Assembly (NCBI RefSeq): GCF_009914755.1
Contig: NC_060926.1
DNA: 64,000 nt
Source of the DNA: the human T2T-CHM13v2.0 reference genome, Homo sapiens
Reading direction: 5' to 3' (one strand)
Made by a program: the position numbers and the translations under genes. The notes below the pieces were generated by a model. The model saw only the letters and a list, made by a program, of their open reading frames with translations. It had not been told where the DNA came from and ran no database searches. Positions 58,548 through 64,000 of the stretch are shown here, piece after piece. The stretch's first letter is position 1; every line of letters starts with the position of its first letter.

Positions 58548-59028
58548 TGTGGTAGGCTGGTAACAGCTCCCAAAGTTACGTCCAAAGATACGTTACATCT
58601 CCCCGGCACCTGTGTATGTTACCTGATATGCTAATTTTTTTTTAGATGTGACTAAGTTAAGGATTTTGAGATGAAGAGACCATCCTGAATTATCTGAGTG
58701 GGTCCTGAATGTCATCACAAGAAGCCTTAGAAGAGAGAAGCATGAAAACCAGAAGAGGAGGAAGAGGCAACCGGGCCATGAAGACAAGAGATTAGAGTGA
58801 TGTGGCCACAAGTCAAGAAGTGCCGGCCTCCAGCAAAAAACTGGAAGTCAGGAGCAGGATCTCTCCTAGAGCCTGTGGAGGGAATGTAACCCTGCCAATA
58901 ACTTGATTTTGGCCCAGAGAAACTGACTTCAGACTTCTGGCCTTCAGGATGGCGAGAGAATTAAATCGCTGTTGTTTTTAGCCCAGTATGTGGTAATTTT
59001 GTTACAACAGCCACAGAAAACTAGTACA
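58548..59028 (+). mobile_element. MLT1C/D-like MaLR solo LTR
   Basis: TGTGGTAGGCTG..TAAGTTAAGGATTTTGAGATG..GGTAATTTTGTTACAACAGCCACAGAAAACTAGTACA; 5-bp TSD ATGGA/GTGGA. Confidence 0.9.
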
Positions 59029-60009
59029 GTGGATTTTTAGCAGTAGAATTAAATTAGCAGTGGATTAAAGAGCAGTAGAATTGTGATTTTATCAACACTT
59101 ACTGGATGGCAGATTTCCTCTGCAGCAGAAGAGAATAAAATGTTGCCTAGGTGATGCTGACCACCAAAACTTCTGCCATGGACTCAGCAGTGTGAACAGA
59201 CCCTGGGAATCTATGTACACATAAAACACCATGAACATTTTGCATTTTCTGATTTGAACTGAATAGGCGTTCTACTCTGTAAATATTTACAAAAAAAACT
59301 AAATATATATTTATGTTAACCCTTTGCTAGAGATTTTTAAACAAACAAAAAAATACCAGATCTTATTCACCATTTTTGATGTCAGTAAAGTGTGTTACGC
59401 AAATTGGCTTCAAAAATTAAAACCTGTAACAAACTTTGAGTCTTGAAATGCATGCTATGTATGATCTTAAAAACATGTAGGTAGGCTTATTAGTTCATAG
59501 AGGTTCATAGTATTTCATATGTTTTTCAGACTATATGTAGGGAATTGCTGACAAATCTTGGTATCACTAAATCCATTATCATGTTCTGAAATGTCACCAA
59601 ATTGAGCCTACATATTGTGAAGAGTGAGTGTATGGCCATATAGTGTATGGCCTCAAGATTTTGTCTTATAATTTAAGTTTCAATGTCCACACCTCATCTA
59701 AATTAGGGTACCATTTGGACTATCATGTTTAATAAATTTACCACTAAGTAATTACATTAAAAACAAATTTATCTTAAAGATGTATAAATTGTTTTCATTG
59801 AAGAAGGTAGTTACTTTGGTAGCCTGTTAACAAAGCCCTGGGAATTATAAGACTGTATTTTCATGGAGGCATACATGTGTAGTAATTGTAAAATGGTTCT
59901 GTTTTCATATCTGGATCTTTTATATGTGTGTCTGAATTAAGAAATTCCCATAATAAAATAAAATCTTAATTTAGCAAAATTAATATATAGAAAGAAATTT
60001 TATAAATCA

Positions 60010-60510
<501 letters not shown>

Positions 60511-60717
60511 TTACTTTCATTGTAAAAGACTCTGGCACAAGCTGTTAACTGGTTAAATGGCTAAAGGAGGAAAGGTAAAATAGTAAAACAGAGTGAAAGT
60601 GATACCACCCTATTGAAGATCATTCTAAATTAAACATAGATGTCTTTGAGATTATAAATAAAAATATACTTTGAATATATTTGACTACAAAGTCAATTTT
60701 AAAATATTCAAAGTTAG

Positions 60718-61427
60718 TTCTTCAAAAAACTAATAATAGAACTACAATATGATCCAGCAATCCCACTACTGGGTATATATCCAAAGGAAAGGAAATCAAT
60801 ATGTCTAAGAGACATCTGTACTTCCATGTTCATTGAAGCATTACTCACAGGAATCAAGACATGGAATCAACCTAAGTGTTTATCAGTGGATGAACAGATA
60901 AAGTAAATGTAGTATATATACACAATGGAATACTATTCAGCTTTGAAAATGAAGGAAACGCTGTCATTTAAGACAACGTTAATTCAGCCTGGAGATCATT
61001 ATCTCTAGGTTGTGAAATAAGAAAGACAAATACTGCATGATCTCACTTAAATGTGGAAGCTAAAAAAGTTGAACTCACAGAAACAGAAAGTAAAATAGTG
61101 GTTACCAGAGTCCTGGGGGTTAGTAGCAGGGATGGAAGGATTGAGAAGATGTTGGTCAAAGAGCACAAAACTTCAGCTGGACCGAAAGAATAAGTTTAAG
61201 AGTTCTATTGTACATCATAATGACTACAGTTAACAACAATATATTGTATAGTTGAAAATTGCTAAGAAATTGATTTTAAGTGTCTTCGCCACAAAAAGAA
61301 AATTATGTGAGGTAGTGGACATGTTAAATAGCCTCATTTAGCCATTCCACAATGTATACATACATCAAAACATCATATGGTATACCATATGTATATATAA
61401 TTTTTAACTGTTGATAAAAAAATAAAA
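60718..61427 (+). mobile_element. L1MA (MA5-7-like) 3' end
   Basis: ATATGATCCAGCAATCCCACTACTGGGTATATATCCAAAGGAA..TTTAGCCATTCCACAATGTATACATA..AATAAAA. Confidence 0.9.
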
Positions 61428-61689
61428 ATTTGAACAAATATATATTTTATCTTTCAAAGAAGATTCAGAATTTAAAATATTAAATTTAAAATATAGAAAT
61501 GTTAGTCTAAGTTTGGATTTTCTAATACAAAATATTGCTGCTTAACACTAAAGAGTAGGTAAAAATACTAGTTTAATTTTTTTATCATTTCCAAAAGATT
61601 TTAGTATTCTTTAAAATAGTCTCACTTATCTTAATTGTTCATTAAAGATCTATAATCCATTATGTATATGTATATTGAAAGGAAAAGAC

Positions 61690-61835
61690 CTAGTTTTGGG
61701 CCTTTATTTTGGAAAATCTATGACTCTTTGACTCTGTTTTCTCATCTATAAAATGGACTTTTGAGAACATTCAACTAACTTGCAATTATGGTGAGAATTA
61801 ATATGTGAAAGAAAGTGCTCAGCTTCTGTCAAATG
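61690..61835 (+). mobile_element. MIR fragment
   Basis: CTGTTTTCTCATCTATAAAATGG..GTGAGAATTAA..ATGTGAAAG. Confidence 0.55.
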
Positions 61836-61844
61836 CTTCTTGTG

Positions 61845-61846
<2 letters not shown>

Positions 61847-61876
<30 letters not shown>
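61847..61876. repeat. (GT)15 microsatellite
   Basis: Read directly from the sequence. Confidence 0.95.
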
Positions 61877-61879
<3 letters not shown>

Positions 61880-62299
61880 TGCCTGGGCATTTGCATGTAT
61901 TTGTGTGCCTGTGTTTGTGATAATAATTTCTATTTATGTCATGATCTAGTGGTGCAAAGACAAAGGGTATGTCTATTTAAAAAGCTAGAGTGCAAGAAAG
62001 AAAGACAAGAAATACTTCCTTCAGTAAAAAATAGATTTAAAGGGAGGGATTAGTTTTATTGAAACTATGACTGCTGCTTCTCATTGTCAGGGAAAGTAAT
62101 ATCACTAGGAGTTACATGGAACAAATGCTTAAATAAATGATCGGGATAGATAGCTACTTACTCTGACTAATAGGAAATGAGTGACCTTTAAAATGACTCA
62201 GATTCCCAAAAATCTCTGACTCCATTCTATAATCTGTGTTTTGTTCCATATAAAATTAAACAATAAATATAGTTAGGAGCAAAATTACAAATCTAAAAG

Positions 62300-62470
62300 A
62301 GATGAGGACTGGGAACCCGGGGACGAAAGTTCTACTCTTTTGTTCTTACTCACTTGGTTTGTGACCTTGAACAAATCACTATACCCTCCCGGGCTTCAGC
62401 CCCATTACTTTCAACATGAAGGGGGTCTAAGGTCCCTCCAGCTTTAACACTTGGTGACACTATGATTCCA
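62300..62470 (+). mobile_element. MIR/MIR3 fragment
   Basis: TGTGACCTTGAACAAATCACT..GGGCTTCAG..TCTAAGGTCCCTCCAGCT..CTATGATTC. Confidence 0.65.
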
Positions 62471-62657
62471 GTTCATAGCTTCTTGCTCACAATATTTGAC
62501 ACTTTGTTGACATACTGTCAGAAACTTTACACATTTTCCAAAAGCCATCACAGAGTATTATCAGGTCATTAATGTAGAGTTTTAAGAGGAAACTATAAAA
62601 CGTCTTTCACTGGGTATTTGTTATAGCAACTACGTTTATACTATTGGATTCCTCCGT

Positions 62658-62716
62658 GATGATAGATAGACAGATAGATAGATAGATGATAGATAGATAG
62701 ATGGATAGATAGATAA
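62658..62716. repeat. Compound (GATA)n tetranucleotide STR
   Basis: GATA units with GACA, GAT and GATG interruptions. Confidence 0.95.
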
Positions 62717-63384
62717 AGATATACTTCCAAAAGAAATCAAATATGTTAGGCTAATACACTATGAGTAATAAAGTTGTACTACAAGTATGTGTGACAAAAG
62801 TATCTTCATGTAAATCTTCTGCTTATTCCTACTCAGCTAATGATATAGAGATAAAATGTATCTGAGCCCATTTGTGCTTACGAATGTAAAAAGTAATAAT
62901 TTATTTATTTGTGTGTGTATATATACACATCAGTGTATGTATACGCATATATGTAAATAGAAAAATTCTGGAAAAATTGCTAAAAGATGTATACATTATA
63001 ATGTTTTACTATATATACTTCTGTACCATTTCACTTTTCCACAATGAGCATGTAACTACTTAATTATAAATTAAAAAAGAAAACAGAAAATATAAACATT
63101 TCTAGCCTTATGCAAAGTTGTGTAAATTTCTTTTGTAGATTTCTGTGATTTATTTATTTTCCCTTCATAAATGGCATATACATGTAATATATATCTCTAT
63201 CTTTCACTAGCTGTGTCTGTATGTATAAATAAATTAAATCCAGTATGTGTTGAGCACTAACTGTACCAGGCATTGGTCTAAGCACTTTAATTATGATATA
63301 CAACTCAGTACCCATGACACCCTTGAGTGGATTATTTTTACTACCAGATACAGATTGAGCTGTGCTATTCAACACTTATTTTCT

Positions 63385-63569
63385 TTTTTTAAAATGTATT
63401 TATTAAACTTTAAATTCTGGGATACATGTGCAGAACGTGCAGGTTTGTTACATAGGTATACATGTGCCATGGTGGTTTGCTGCACTCATCAACCCATCAT
63501 CCAGGTTTTAAGCCCCATATGCATTAGGTATTTGTCCTAATGCTCTCCCTCACTTTGCCCCCCACCCCC
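63385..63569 (-). mobile_element. Short 5'-truncated L1PA (L1PA8-like) 3' end
   Basis: GATACATGTGCAGAACGTGCAGGTTTGTTACATAGG..GGTTTTAAGCCCC..; 16-bp TSD TCAACACTTATTTTCT (63369-63384) / TCAACACCTATTTTCT (63570-63585). Confidence 0.92.
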
Positions 63570-64000
63570 TCAACACCTATTTTCTAGTGTTTTCACTTCT
63601 TTTTTGTAAACAGGAGAACAAGCTATGCCTACGTTGGAAATTATTACAGTCAGAAGTTTACCCACCTCAGATGTGTCTGAAGACTTCCTTCCCTAGAGCA
63701 TTTAGCAATCCCTTTCATTCTTCTCCTGGGCATCATTAACATATTCCTTTTCTCTGACCAGCCTTAATCCATACCCTATCCATTCTTCCCATCAGACAGG
63801 CACTTTTTCATTCTAACATACTTGACTATATTTCAGATTGTGTGTCTTTGCCTGTGTGTATGCTATTATCAATCATTATGCTTTCCAAATTGGTGCTGAA
63901 GAGTGGTTTTGCCATTCCTTACACGAGTTTTAGTTTTAGTTTAAAACTCAAACACATCATAGGAATCATCATAAAAATAGATTTATACATGTATAAAAGA

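Overview
This is AT-rich, gene-poor primate genomic DNA, almost certainly human, because it carries AluYb8 and AluYa5 elements with their diagnostic bases. It looks like a large intron or intergenic region. I recognise no protein-coding exon, RNA gene or CpG island. Every ORF in the supplied track is explained by Alu, L1, LTR or simple-repeat sequence, or by chance. The window is a mosaic of 11 Alu elements or fragments, L1 pieces of several ages, L2/MIR relics, MaLR/ERVL/ERV1 LTRs, hAT DNA-transposon relics and microsatellites, separated by repeat-poor islands that may be conserved regulatory DNA. The most notable items are: two very young, possibly polymorphic Alu insertions; a perfect 21-bp hairpin; a 70-bp AT-rich inverted repeat; an old ~185-bp dispersed duplication; a 138-nt purine tract; and several well-formed splice-signal clusters, including a 14-nt microexon candidate ending in ATG and a possible recursive splice site. 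I did not find convincing evidence of a new biological system. Repeat subfamily names come from recalled consensus motifs, and boundaries of old repeats are approximate.
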